The position numbers and the translations under genes were made by a program. Positions 43,199-51,824 of a DNA stretch of 55,864 nt are shown here, piece by piece. Below the pieces are notes generated by a model that was not told the origin of the DNA, made no database searches, and saw only the letters and a program-made list of their open reading frames with translations. Source of the stretch: an uncultured bacterium (GTDB lineage: Bacteria; Cyanobacteriota; Vampirovibrionia; Obscuribacterales; Obscuribacteraceae); assembly GCA_913063055.1 (NCBI GenBank), contig CAJXZK010000001.1, forward strand, positions 1 to 55,864, in the 5' to 3' direction. Every line of letters begins with the position of its first letter. Position 1 is the stretch's first letter.

Positions 43199-44437
43199 AT
43201 GGATGACCAATCCGGCAACGACAAGCTAGAGCCGAAAAAAGAGGACGGAACCAACCGTTCTCAGCTAAATTCTGTGGACATTTTGCGCGGCGAAGGCAAG
43301 ACTGGCGACAATAAAGCTGGTGGCGGCAATAAAACAGGCGAAAGCAAAGCCGGTGAACCTGACAAAGTACGCCTACCGGCGAGCACAGACAAAAGTGCCC
43401 AAGAACCGCCGATTGGCGTGGCACAGCTAAAAGAGAACGAAACAATAGTTCTCCACCTCAAAGGAAAAGAAGGTGATCTCAGTGGCGAAGCTGAGGTTGA
43501 ATTCAAACTGGGCGACAAGCTCTACGACGATGTCTTTAAACACTTAGGTGGCATAAAAAAAGGCGAAACCAAGTTAGTGCCTGCCTGGCAAGATGCTAGC
43601 GAAAACAAGCAAGGGCAGCCGAGAAAGCAATCAATTACCGATGGTAACAAAACTCCCGAGCAAGGCGATCAGTCTCCTGGCAAAGCACCAGATACAACGA
43701 CTGGCACAACCACTGACAAAACGACAGACAAATCAACTGACAGCAAAAACGACGCCACTACCCCTGGTGCACAGCCAGGCGACATAGCTACTCCAGAAAT
43801 AATCGTTCCACCCTCGGTGCAATTCGTCACCAAGGTCAACGATACCTACGCAAAAATGTCGCCAGAAGTGCGCGATATTCTGAGCCACGAAGGGGCAGTT
43901 GTTACACCTACCCGCCGTATTACCGATGCCCTACCGGAGCTAAAAGGGCAAAAACCTAGAGGCTGGCCTCCCGGTCTTACTTGGGACGCAGTGGACGGCG
44001 CTTACAGCCCCAGCCGCAACCTTGTAGTGGTTGCTGAGGAAACTAGAGATACCAACAATAAGTGGAATAAGAGCAACCGCACCGAAGACGTTACCCGCCA
44101 CGAGGTGGGTCATGCCACCGACTACGCCATGGGCAAATTTTCAAACAGCGCAGCCTTCACCCAGGCCTATGAAGCCGACACCCAGGTAATGCCAGCGGCA
44201 CTTACAGGCACCCTCAAATATTTCTTGCAGTCTGGCGATGGCGGTAAAGAAGAAGCCTGCGCCGAAGGCATAGCAGCCAGAGAAGGCGGCTCCACCTCAG
44301 GCAAAGTCTTTGAATCAGGCTTTGCTAAAAGCATCGCCGCCATCAACGATGCCCTACTGCTGCTTAGAGCGAAACTACCAAAAGCTCCAGGTGCGGGAAG
44401 CCCAGACCCAATTACACCAGTGAAAACCGGTAATTGA
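43199..44437 (+). CDS. putative zinc metallopeptidase-like protein (HExxH; ATLF / Pro-Pro-endopeptidase-like) with disordered N-terminus
   Basis: VVVAEETRD...TRHEVGHATDYAMG (HEVGH at 44099-44113), with Glu/Ala-rich helices downstream. The N-terminal 200 aa are Gly/Lys/Thr/Asp low complexity. No signal peptide. Confidence 0.65.
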   Translation: MDDQSGNDKLEPKKEDGTNRSQLNSVDILRGEGKTGDNKAGGGNKTGESKAGEPDKVRLPASTDKSAQEPPIGVAQLKENETIVLHLKGKEGDLSGEAEVEFKLGDKLYDDVFKHLGGIKKGETKLVPAWQDASENKQGQPRKQSITDGNKTPEQGDQSPGKAPDTTTGTTTDKTTDKSTDSKNDATTPGAQPGDIATPEIIVPPSVQFVTKVNDTYAKMSPEVRDILSHEGAVVTPTRRITDALPELKGQKPRGWPPGLTWDAVDGAYSPSRNLVVVAEETRDTNNKWNKSNRTEDVTRHEVGHATDYAMGKFSNSAAFTQAYEADTQVMPAALTGTLKYFLQSGDGGKEEACAEGIAAREGGSTSGKVFESGFAKSIAAINDALLLLRAKLPKAPGAGSPDPITPVKTGN

Positions 44438-44735
44438 TTTAGGCAAATGAGAGCTAAAAGCATCATTGTGATAATTGGTTAAGGAATTATCAGCCGGGTA
44501 TAAAAGTAAGGTCGGGCGATCGATTTAATCTCTAAATTTTTGAGGCTTGCTCATGAGGCAATCCCGAAATTGCGCGCCTGTTTGAATCTGCAAATTAAAA
44601 CCAAGCAGCTCTACATATAAGGACCGGTCGACAACTATATACGGAAGGTTGTATCTTAATAACCTATAACATTAGTAGCTGATAAACATTCATTCCACTT
44701 TCGAGTCCCACTTTCTAGGAATCAAGGAGAGCACC

Positions 44736-45482
44736 ATGGCCAAGGCTAAAACAAGAGTTCTGGATAAGCCACAAGCCTCGTCGAGTGTTGCCCAGCAGCC
44801 CACAGAAGTGGCTGAGCTAAAACAAATTTTCCAGCGGGTTGATCAAGCCCACGCTAAAGGTCTGACCTACAACAAGAAGCAGCCTGCATTTGCTGTTCTC
44901 TCTTTGAGTGATGGACGCACCATTACTGTTAACTATGGTCTAAAAGGAAGAATCGAAACTCTCACCTTCTCTGATGGCCGCGTACTCACCACCACAGATG
45001 GTGGCGAATATTACCTAGATAATCTTCAGCCCGATGTTAAATTGAAGAATCTAAAACTAGACATGAATGACGGCGAACTTTGCTACAAGACTACATTTGG
45101 CAAGCGTTCAGCTCAAATCAAAGAATCTTCAAACGGCGCTAAGTATGCCACTCTCAAAGAGAAAGGCGATGCCCGCGAATTTCAACTTTTGCCCGACAGA
45201 AGCCAGGTTGTGATTGGCAAAGAAGGCAAAATGATCTTCTCAGCCGACGGTAATTATTTGACCATGGAGCCTAAATCAGGCGGTCAGATCAAATTCCATC
45301 TCTGGAACAAAATGCTTGATGTAGTATTTCCAGATGGCTATGAACAAAGCTTCTACGCCACCGAACAAGAAATGAAATTGCTGCAACTGCAACCTATTGG
45401 TTTTTACATTAATTGGCTACCAGCCGACGATCTCGGCCGCCACTTCGAATGGGGCGTAGTGCTGCCACAAGCAGTGCACTAA
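44736..45482 (+). CDS. hypothetical beta-rich protein (248 aa) with Asp-Gly strand repeats
   Basis: AGGAG 7 nt upstream. LSLSDGRTITV, LTFSDGRVLTTTDGGEYY, MNDGELCY, FSADGNYL, VFPDGYE resemble the repeats of 24392-26308. Confidence 0.75.
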   Translation: MAKAKTRVLDKPQASSSVAQQPTEVAELKQIFQRVDQAHAKGLTYNKKQPAFAVLSLSDGRTITVNYGLKGRIETLTFSDGRVLTTTDGGEYYLDNLQPDVKLKNLKLDMNDGELCYKTTFGKRSAQIKESSNGAKYATLKEKGDAREFQLLPDRSQVVIGKEGKMIFSADGNYLTMEPKSGGQIKFHLWNKMLDVVFPDGYEQSFYATEQEMKLLQLQPIGFYINWLPADDLGRHFEWGVVLPQAVH

Positions 45483-45486
45483 CAAT

Positions 45487-45531
45487 TAGAACTTAGCCAG
45501 ATAGAACTTAGCCAAATAGAGCTAAGCGATA
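45487..45531. repeat. degenerate 15-nt tandem repeat x3, immediately after a stop codon
   Basis: tagaacttagccaga / tagaacttagccaaa / tagagctaagcgata, starting 5 nt after the stop of 44736-45482. Confidence 0.8.
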
Positions 45532-45648
45532 TCGCACGGCCTTAGGGGCTTCTGAAAAAGAAACAGACCCACTCTGTGGGGAAAATTTCAGTTGGGCTGG
45601 ATACAATTTCAAAGGTAGTACAGTACGAACCCTTGTTTTGCCCCTTTC

Positions 45649-45686
45649 AAAAATGTCCGATTTTCGGCCGAAAATCGGACATTTTT
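45649..45686. terminator. perfect 38-nt palindrome (A-tract/stem/T-tract), bidirectional terminator or operator
   Basis: AAAAATGTCCGATTTTCGG|CCGAAAATCGGACATTTTT: 19-nt arms, perfect, centred on GGCC, with an extra T on the 3' side. Confidence 0.55.
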
Positions 45687-45769
45687 TGAAACCGCTTTTA
45701 GTTAGTAGTCTTCACTCAAAGCCGTTCTAAACCACTACTCAGCAACCAGACTGGAAGCAGCAACAGAAA

Positions 45770-47467
45770 ATGCCGAGCCTATTCAAACAACAACTAAGCA
45801 AGGTCAATCCGCTCAAAGATAGCAAGAACGGTAGAAGTAGTGTAAGCAAAGATAAAAGACGCTGGCTCTATCTGCCTTACGACCAGGTCAGCGACAAGCT
45901 CGGGCCGCTCAGCAGAGAGAAGCCAGAAACCCTTGGCATTATCTTAATTGAAAACCCAGGAAAGGCCGCCAGAAGGCCATATCACAAGCAGAAACTGGCA
46001 CTGATACTAGCCAATCTGAGACACTTTGCCATCGAACAAGCCGAGCGCGGCGTGGCGGTGCGCCATGAAGTAGTGACCAATGAAAATGGTCTATACAGGT
46101 CGGCCTTAGAAGAATTAGCTCGGGAGCTAGGACCCATTGAGGTTATGGAACCAGCAGAGCGTGAGCTTAGAGTTGATTTGCAGCCTTTGCTAGCTAGCGG
46201 CGCGCTGATGCAGACAGCACATGAAGGCTGGCTCACAAGCCTATCTGATTTAGAGGCAATCGTAGACAAAAACGGCAGCTATCGCATGGATGCCTTTTAC
46301 CGACGGGTTAGGCAAAACACTGGCATTCTCATGGAAGGAGGAAAGCCACGGGGAGGCAAGTACAGCTTCGATAGCGAAAACCGGCTGCCATGGAAAGGCG
46401 ATCCATTACCACCACAACTACCCAGCTTTGCCGTCAGCGACATTACTGAAGAAGTCGGTCAGTTGATTAACAAACACATGGCTAAGCATCCCGGCAAGCT
46501 CGACCTGGAGAATTTACCCGCCACAAAATCAGATAGCGAGCGGCTCTGGGCCTGGGCCAGAGAGAACTGCCTGCCCCTTTTTGGGCCCTTTGAGGATGCT
46601 ATGTCGAGTGAAAATCGCGGCATGTTTCACTCACGCATTTCAGCAATCTTAAATATACACAGGCTCACACCAAAGCAAATTATCCAGGACGTGCTCTCTC
46701 TTGAATTACCGCTGCCAAGCCAAGAAGGCTTCATCAGGCAAGTTTTAGGATGGCGTGAATTTGTGCACAAAATCCATTTGGTCACTGATGGCTTTCGCGA
46801 AATTACACCGGCACCACCTGTAGCATCACATCCCGGCGATGGCGGTTACCAGCTTTGGTCGGGTAAGTGCTTCGCCGAACCCAAGTCTCCGGCTGCTAAT
46901 GAGCCAGATGGCGGAGCCTGCCCATCATATTTTGGTGCGAACAACTCGCTACCGCCAGCCTTCTGGGGAGCTACATCTGGTCTGAACTGCCTCGACACGG
47001 TGGTTCAATCGGTTTGGGATGAAGCTTATAGTCACCACATCACCCGCCTGATGGTGCTTTCAAATCTCGCTACTCTGCTCGATATTTCGCCAAGAGAGCT
47101 AACCGATTGGTTCTGGGTGGCTTACTTCGATGCCTTTGACTGGGTAGTAGAGCCAAATGTACTGGCCATGGGCACCTATAGTGTTGGCGGCTTGATGACG
47201 ACCAAGCCCTACATATCAGGAGCGGCCTACATCAACAAGATGAGCGACTACTGCAAAGGTTGTCAGTTTGATCCAGCCAAGAACTGTCCAGTAACCAGGC
47301 TCTACTGGGCCTTCTTAGAAAGACACAAAGCCAAGCTTGAAGGCAATCTGCGCATGGCCATGCCAGTCAATTCAGTAAAGAAAAGAGCTGACAGCCTCAA
47401 AGAAGAAGATCGCGCTATCTACGAAAATACAATCAAAACTTTGCTGGCAGGCAAGAAACTAGTCTAA
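45770..47467 (+). CDS. cryptochrome/photolyase-family protein, FeS-BCP (PhrB/CryB, COG3046) type
   Basis: RRPYHKQKLALILANLRHFA (family-typical block), a WREF..H region, and four Cys arranged C-x87-C-x2-C-x8-C (GLNC..., YCKGCQFDPAKNC), consistent with the [4Fe-4S] ligand set of this subfamily. Confidence 0.8.
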   Translation: MPSLFKQQLSKVNPLKDSKNGRSSVSKDKRRWLYLPYDQVSDKLGPLSREKPETLGIILIENPGKAARRPYHKQKLALILANLRHFAIEQAERGVAVRHEVVTNENGLYRSALEELARELGPIEVMEPAERELRVDLQPLLASGALMQTAHEGWLTSLSDLEAIVDKNGSYRMDAFYRRVRQNTGILMEGGKPRGGKYSFDSENRLPWKGDPLPPQLPSFAVSDITEEVGQLINKHMAKHPGKLDLENLPATKSDSERLWAWARENCLPLFGPFEDAMSSENRGMFHSRISAILNIHRLTPKQIIQDVLSLELPLPSQEGFIRQVLGWREFVHKIHLVTDGFREITPAPPVASHPGDGGYQLWSGKCFAEPKSPAANEPDGGACPSYFGANNSLPPAFWGATSGLNCLDTVVQSVWDEAYSHHITRLMVLSNLATLLDISPRELTDWFWVAYFDAFDWVVEPNVLAMGTYSVGGLMTTKPYISGAAYINKMSDYCKGCQFDPAKNCPVTRLYWAFLERHKAKLEGNLRMAMPVNSVKKRADSLKEEDRAIYENTIKTLLAGKKLV

Positions 47468-47537
47468 AGACAAGTTCTACAAGCTAGATCTGGGAACTTA
47501 TTCTACAAACACAATCGACAAAGAATAGAGACCAATT

Positions 47538-47963
47538 CTACTCTGATATAGAAGCAGCAAACTCAACCAATTCAGCAGTCAGACCACGGGTGAAAGCATT
47601 CTGATTAATTTGCGTCGGCTTCAAATAAGCAGACAAAACCTGATTAAATTTTGACTGATCAACTGCCGATCCGCAGGTGAAGAGATCAACAAAGCAAGCA
47701 GCATTCTCAGGATAGGTATGAATGCTCGCATGGCTCTCAGAAAGCAGCAGTACCGCCGTCATGCCACCATTAGGAAAGACATGGTGCCGAGATTCAATAA
47801 CAGTGGCGCCAGCCGCAGCAGCCGCAGCAGAGAAATTCTCTAACAGCAATGCGACATCGAGCAAAGCCGCTGTCGAACAGCCAATCAAGCTCGCCATCAT
47901 ATGGCGGCCTTGAAACTTGTGTCCATCATGATCAACCAAAACTGAGATAGAGGAATTTTCCAT
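47538..47963 (-). CDS. speD: small pyruvoyl-dependent S-adenosylmethionine decarboxylase-family proenzyme (SpeD/SpeH class 1)
   Basis: LLLSESHASIHTYPENAACFVDLFTCG matches the self-processing ES site and the HTxPE/DxFTCG blocks. 141 aa. Its start shares one base with the helicase stop (TAATG). Confidence 0.8.
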   Translation of the reverse strand: MENSSISVLVDHDGHKFQGRHMMASLIGCSTAALLDVALLLENFSAAAAAAGATVIESRHHVFPNGGMTAVLLLSESHASIHTYPENAACFVDLFTCGSAVDQSKFNQVLSAYLKPTQINQNAFTRGLTAELVEFAASISE

Positions 47964-50299
47964 TAGAAATCTTCTTTTACTTCGTCTCTATTGAGTAGCT
48001 CTTCTACTTGCTTGCAGAGGTCAACAACTTTCTCTGGCATGTCTGAAGCTCTGATGAACTGCCGACAAAGATCGAGTGTTCTTCTGATTGCTCTGACCAC
48101 ATCGCCTTCATCTCGTGGCGAAGACATGCGGATTTGATCCCATGGTGCTCCCTGTGCCCACATTTCAGTAAGACCAGCCAGCTGAGCGCCAAATTCAATT
48201 GGCATATCAACGTCAAAGTCTTTCTGTAAGCGCGTAATTTTCTTGGCCATTTTGCCAATTTCGATGATGGCATGGTCGACATTGTGCGTGACATGCACAC
48301 GCATTTGTTCATTACCGCGAGGCTCATCACCTATGAGAACAGTTAGAAGAGCAGCCAGTTCGGTAGGCTTCAAAAGATCGAACATTCCGCTTATGGCAAT
48401 TTCGCTCAAGAATAATTCGTTCGAGCCGCGAATAGAAGCGGCCATACGACCAAGCTTGGTTGGCTTATTGCCATCGAGATAACCAAGAGTGCGCAAGATA
48501 TTTGCCAGTGCTTCAAAGGTCGTCCAATACTTCGTGGTTTCGCGCTGCACGCGTTTGTCTAGATCTTTGATACGCTTCTGCAAATGCTCGATGCGCTCGG
48601 TTTGGGTGCTACAGGGCTTTTGCACCGGGCAGCCATGACAGGGCATGGCATAAGCTTCTTTCAAGAGTACTTGAATCTCAGCACGGGTTTCGGCCAAAGC
48701 GATAATAGCCGGAGAGCCAGGTTTAATAGCCGATGGTTTAAGACCTTTCTCGGTTGCTTTTAGCTGTTTGTGCTTCGAGCGAATAGTCTCAAGACGCTTG
48801 GCATAAAGCGGCAAATCGCCAAGCTCAGCGGGGCAAAGCGGTGCAGTCAACTTCTGCAGTTCAGTTTCCCAAGCCATTTTCTGGGTATAGGCTGGTTCTA
48901 ATTGCTGATTGACCAAGAACTGACCAAAGCTTCGTTCGATCAATTCACGTGCATCATCAATGGTGTGCCGCTCAAGTAGATTCAAGACCATGCCATAAGA
49001 AGGAGTGAATCGACTAGAAAGCGGGTCAGCACCAGATGTCGCCAGCTTAGCCGCTTCATCCACACTCTCAAAGGGATTGTGCAAAACGACAACGTGACCG
49101 ACTTCATCCATACCGCGTCGACCAGCCCGGCCAGACATCTGCAAGAACTCGGAAGCTGTAAGCTGTCTATGCCCTTCGTCTGAACGCTTGTGAATGGAAG
49201 CAATAACTGTTGATCGCGCCGGCATGTTGATACCGGCAGCCAGTGTCTCGGTAGCAAAGACTACTTTGAGCAAGCCTTTTTGGAAGAGCTTTTCAATCAT
49301 GCCTTTCCAGCTCGGCAACATGCCAGCATGGTGCACCGACATGCCTTCCAACAAATATGGAATATGCGGATGGTTAGCCAAGTTCGGATTGTCTTTAGTA
49401 AACTCTTCTACTTGACGCTTTAATTCTTTCTGTTCATCAGCATGGAGCAAAGGAATGCCCCGAGCCATTTTCATTGCTTCTTCGCAGCCACGGCGAGAGA
49501 ACAAGAAATAAATAGCCGGCAGCATATTGCGCGCAGAAAGTGAGCCCAGCACATCACCAGGGTGGGTGTACAAGCCGCCCATAGGACGTCTGCGTTTATC
49601 AGAGCCACTATGCTGTGGTTTCTTTCTGCCAAAACGTGATTTGAGGAAAGAATTTACCGCTCCACCGGGTGCCAATAGCGGATAGATCTTGCGTTCACCA
49701 AAGTAGTGGAAGCGCAGTGGCACTGGCCTGAAGTCAGAAACGACAAGTTCGGTCGGTCCATGGGTTTCGTCGATCCAGGTAGTAAGCTCTTGAGCGTTCG
49801 CTACTGTTGCCGAAAGACCAACAAGCTGAATATCTTTCGGAGCATAAATAATCGATTCTTCCCAAACCGTGCCCCGATCAGCATCATTCATGTAATGACA
49901 TTCATCTAAGACAACAAAGGCAACATCGCGCAAGTTGCGACTAACGTCACCAAGAATGGTGCCATACAACATGTTGCGAAAAACTTCAGTAGTCATTACA
50001 ACAACAGGAGCATCACGGTTGACCGAAAGATCACCAGTGAGTAAACCAACTTTTTCATCCCCGTACTTTTGCTTCAAGTCATAGAGCTTCTGGTTAGATA
50101 GAGCTTTAAGCGGCGTTGTGTAATAGCAACGCTTGTTTGACATCAGCGCCATCTCGACAGCATATTCCGCTATGACTGTTTTTCCTGAACCGGTCGGCGC
50201 GCAAACAACTACGCTCTTGCCTTCCTCTAGGTGTTTCATCGCTAGAAGCTGAAACTCATCCAGCTCGAAAGGAAATAGGTGGGCTACGTCAATTTGCAC
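47963..50299 (-). CDS. Ski2-like DEAD/DEAH-box RNA helicase (HelY-like, with DSHCT-type C-terminal domain)
   Basis: CAPTGSGKT (I), LDECH (II), SAT (III), HHAGMLP, ATETLAAGINMPA, QMSGRAGRRG (VI). C-terminal WAQGAPWDQI...EGDVVRAIRRTLDLCRQ. Cys cluster PCHGCPVQKPC in the middle region. Confidence 0.95.
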   Translation of the reverse strand: MQIDVAHLFPFELDEFQLLAMKHLEEGKSVVVCAPTGSGKTVIAEYAVEMALMSNKRCYYTTPLKALSNQKLYDLKQKYGDEKVGLLTGDLSVNRDAPVVVMTTEVFRNMLYGTILGDVSRNLRDVAFVVLDECHYMNDADRGTVWEESIIYAPKDIQLVGLSATVANAQELTTWIDETHGPTELVVSDFRPVPLRFHYFGERKIYPLLAPGGAVNSFLKSRFGRKKPQHSGSDKRRRPMGGLYTHPGDVLGSLSARNMLPAIYFLFSRRGCEEAMKMARGIPLLHADEQKELKRQVEEFTKDNPNLANHPHIPYLLEGMSVHHAGMLPSWKGMIEKLFQKGLLKVVFATETLAAGINMPARSTVIASIHKRSDEGHRQLTASEFLQMSGRAGRRGMDEVGHVVVLHNPFESVDEAAKLATSGADPLSSRFTPSYGMVLNLLERHTIDDARELIERSFGQFLVNQQLEPAYTQKMAWETELQKLTAPLCPAELGDLPLYAKRLETIRSKHKQLKATEKGLKPSAIKPGSPAIIALAETRAEIQVLLKEAYAMPCHGCPVQKPCSTQTERIEHLQKRIKDLDKRVQRETTKYWTTFEALANILRTLGYLDGNKPTKLGRMAASIRGSNELFLSEIAISGMFDLLKPTELAALLTVLIGDEPRGNEQMRVHVTHNVDHAIIEIGKMAKKITRLQKDFDVDMPIEFGAQLAGLTEMWAQGAPWDQIRMSSPRDEGDVVRAIRRTLDLCRQFIRASDMPEKVVDLCKQVEELLNRDEVKEDF

Positions 50300-50469
50300 T
50301 GGGTAGGGATGGTCTCCATGGGTCGTAGGTTCAAAATCTTGGCAATAACTTGAGACTTGAGCTATCGGTTCACCTATTGGTTGAAATAGCAGTTCAGATG
50401 AAAGTCATAAGTTATTAAGGGATTTTAGCAGTGATTGCCTCTGCAAATGGTCAAATGCGGCCCTGACAA

Positions 50470-50497
50470 TTACAGGAAATATAGTCTGCGGTATAAT
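50470..50497 (+). promoter_or_regulatory. candidate promoter for tRNA-Pro
   Basis: TTACAG (50470-50475), 16-nt spacer, TATAAT (50492-50497), ending 25 nt upstream of the tRNA 5' end. Confidence 0.35.
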
Positions 50498-50522
50498 TGC
50501 CCCCATCTCTTTCAAAAGATAC

Positions 50523-50597
50523 CGGGACGTAGCGCAGGGGTAGCGCGCACCTTTGGGGTGGGTGAGGCCGGAGGTTCGATTCCTCTCGTCCCGACCA
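50523..50597 (+). tRNA. tRNA-Pro (anticodon GGG), CCA encoded
   Basis: Hand-folded cloverleaf: acceptor CGGGACG/CGTCCCG, D-arm GCGC-AGGGGTA-GCGC, anticodon arm CACCT-TTGGGGT-GGGTG (U33, GGG, G37), variable loop AGGCC, T-arm GGAGG-TTCGATT-CCTCT, discriminator A, then CCA. C1:G72 with A73 is typical of bacterial tRNA-Pro. Confidence 0.92.
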
Positions 50598-50634
50598 GTT
50601 AAAACTAAAAATTAGACTTCGAGCTAATATCTAC

Positions 50635-51090
50635 TTGGCTAATGACTGCGTATTGGTTGATATTGACGGAACGCTGGCTGACTGCGAGCATCGCCGGCAC
50701 TTCTTAGACGGTGAAGTAAAAGACTGGAAGTCGTTTCTATCGCCAGAAATGGCCGCCCTAGACACGCTGCATGAACCGGTAGCCAAAGTGATAACCGCCT
50801 TAGCCCAGGCTTCATATCCCATTATTTATGTCTCAGCTCGCAACAGCAGCTTGCGAAAAGTTACAGAGAACTGGCTAAAAGAGCATGATCTCTGGTTTGC
50901 GCCCCGCTTGCTCTATTTGCGCAAAGAAGGCGATATGCGCGCAGACACTATCGTCAAACGTGAGCTGTTAGAGCGCATTCGTGCCAAAGGTTACCATCCA
51001 ATTTTGTCTTTCGATGATCGCAACTCGGTTGTGGCCATGTGGCGAGACGAAGGCATAACCTGTCTACAAGTGGCTGACGGCGACTTTTAG
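50635..51090 (+). CDS. HAD-superfamily phosphatase (polynucleotide-kinase 3'-phosphatase-like domain, stand-alone)
   Basis: VLVDIDGTLAD (DxDGT nucleophile motif), YVSARN (motif II), SFDDRNSVVAMWRDEGITCLQV (motif IV plus the WR..G..C.Q ending seen in phage/bacterial Pnk phosphatase domains). TTG start. Confidence 0.7.
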   Translation: MANDCVLVDIDGTLADCEHRRHFLDGEVKDWKSFLSPEMAALDTLHEPVAKVITALAQASYPIIYVSARNSSLRKVTENWLKEHDLWFAPRLLYLRKEGDMRADTIVKRELLERIRAKGYHPILSFDDRNSVVAMWRDEGITCLQVADGDF

Positions 51091-51130
51091 CCCACAAAAA
51101 AGGCCAAAGACAATACTAAATATGGTGCAA

Positions 51131-51166
51131 AAAGTGTCAGAAATTTCGAAGAATTTCTGACACTTT
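51131..51166. terminator. hairpin between convergent genes
   Basis: AAAGTGTCAGAAATT-tcgaag-AATTTCTGACACTTT: a 15-bp perfect stem flanked by A and T runs. Confidence 0.6.
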
Positions 51167-51186
51167 GAGAACTTAGAATTAGAGCT

Positions 51187-51696
51187 TTAAACTATCGAGC
51201 GGCGGCTGTAACGGCGCCGGGTTGGCAGTTGACGGCTTTGATTGGGACACTCAACATCGAAGCCAGCAAAGAACGATTTGCTCGCGAGCGGCACTGGGGG
51301 TGTAACTTCAGCCGGCGGACGAGAAGAGACCTGGCCATTACCAAGAATATTCTGGCGGAACTGACTGCGGCTAATCGGCTCAAGCGAAGTCTGTGGCTTG
51401 CCTTCAGGCAGAGCAATGATGGGCTGAGCGGCCTGGCCGTCGTTCTTAAGCTGCATAGCTGGGTGAACTGGAATAACTGTCTGCAACGCTTGTTCTTGAG
51501 CTGCATTGGCGGCAGTATCGGCCAAAGCGCGGTTGTAAACATCAACATCAATAGACGGGATGCAATTGAAAATCGGGTTGAGATGAACGAACTCACGAAT
51601 CTTGATTTTCAAGATCGCCCGGAGGTGATCTTCTAGCTTGTCTAGAGCGACTGGTAGTTCGTCTGGTAAGAAGGACATGAGGTAAGCCCTCATCAA
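51187..51696 (-). CDS. hypothetical protein (169 aa) downstream of the sigma factor gene
   Basis: The N-terminal ~60 aa look structured (LPDELPVALDKLEDHLRAILKIKIREF); the rest is Ala/Gln/Pro-rich. ATG 51678 (GAGGG upstream) is an alternative start. Two other frames are also open here, so the frame choice is tentative. Confidence 0.5.
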   Translation of the reverse strand: MMRAYLMSFLPDELPVALDKLEDHLRAILKIKIREFVHLNPIFNCIPSIDVDVYNRALADTAANAAQEQALQTVIPVHPAMQLKNDGQAAQPIIALPEGKPQTSLEPISRSQFRQNILGNGQVSSRPPAEVTPPVPLASKSFFAGFDVECPNQSRQLPTRRRYSRRSIV

Positions 51697-51824
51697 TAAA
51701 AAGCAGTAATACTCGCAGCATAGGCCACAAGTGGAGAATGTTAGCAGAGATTAACCGATTGTCAACAACCCTTGGCGAAGAAATCAAGAATTTAATCAAA
51801 TCGGCTCAATAAGCCAATCAAACC

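Noticed and set aside
50300-51186. tRNA-Pro as an integration hotspot for a genomic island or prophage.
   Set aside because: No integrase, excisionase-integrase pair, phage structural genes or repeated copy of the tRNA 3' end was found in the flanks. The two excisionase-type HTH proteins in the window are far away and have a different architecture.
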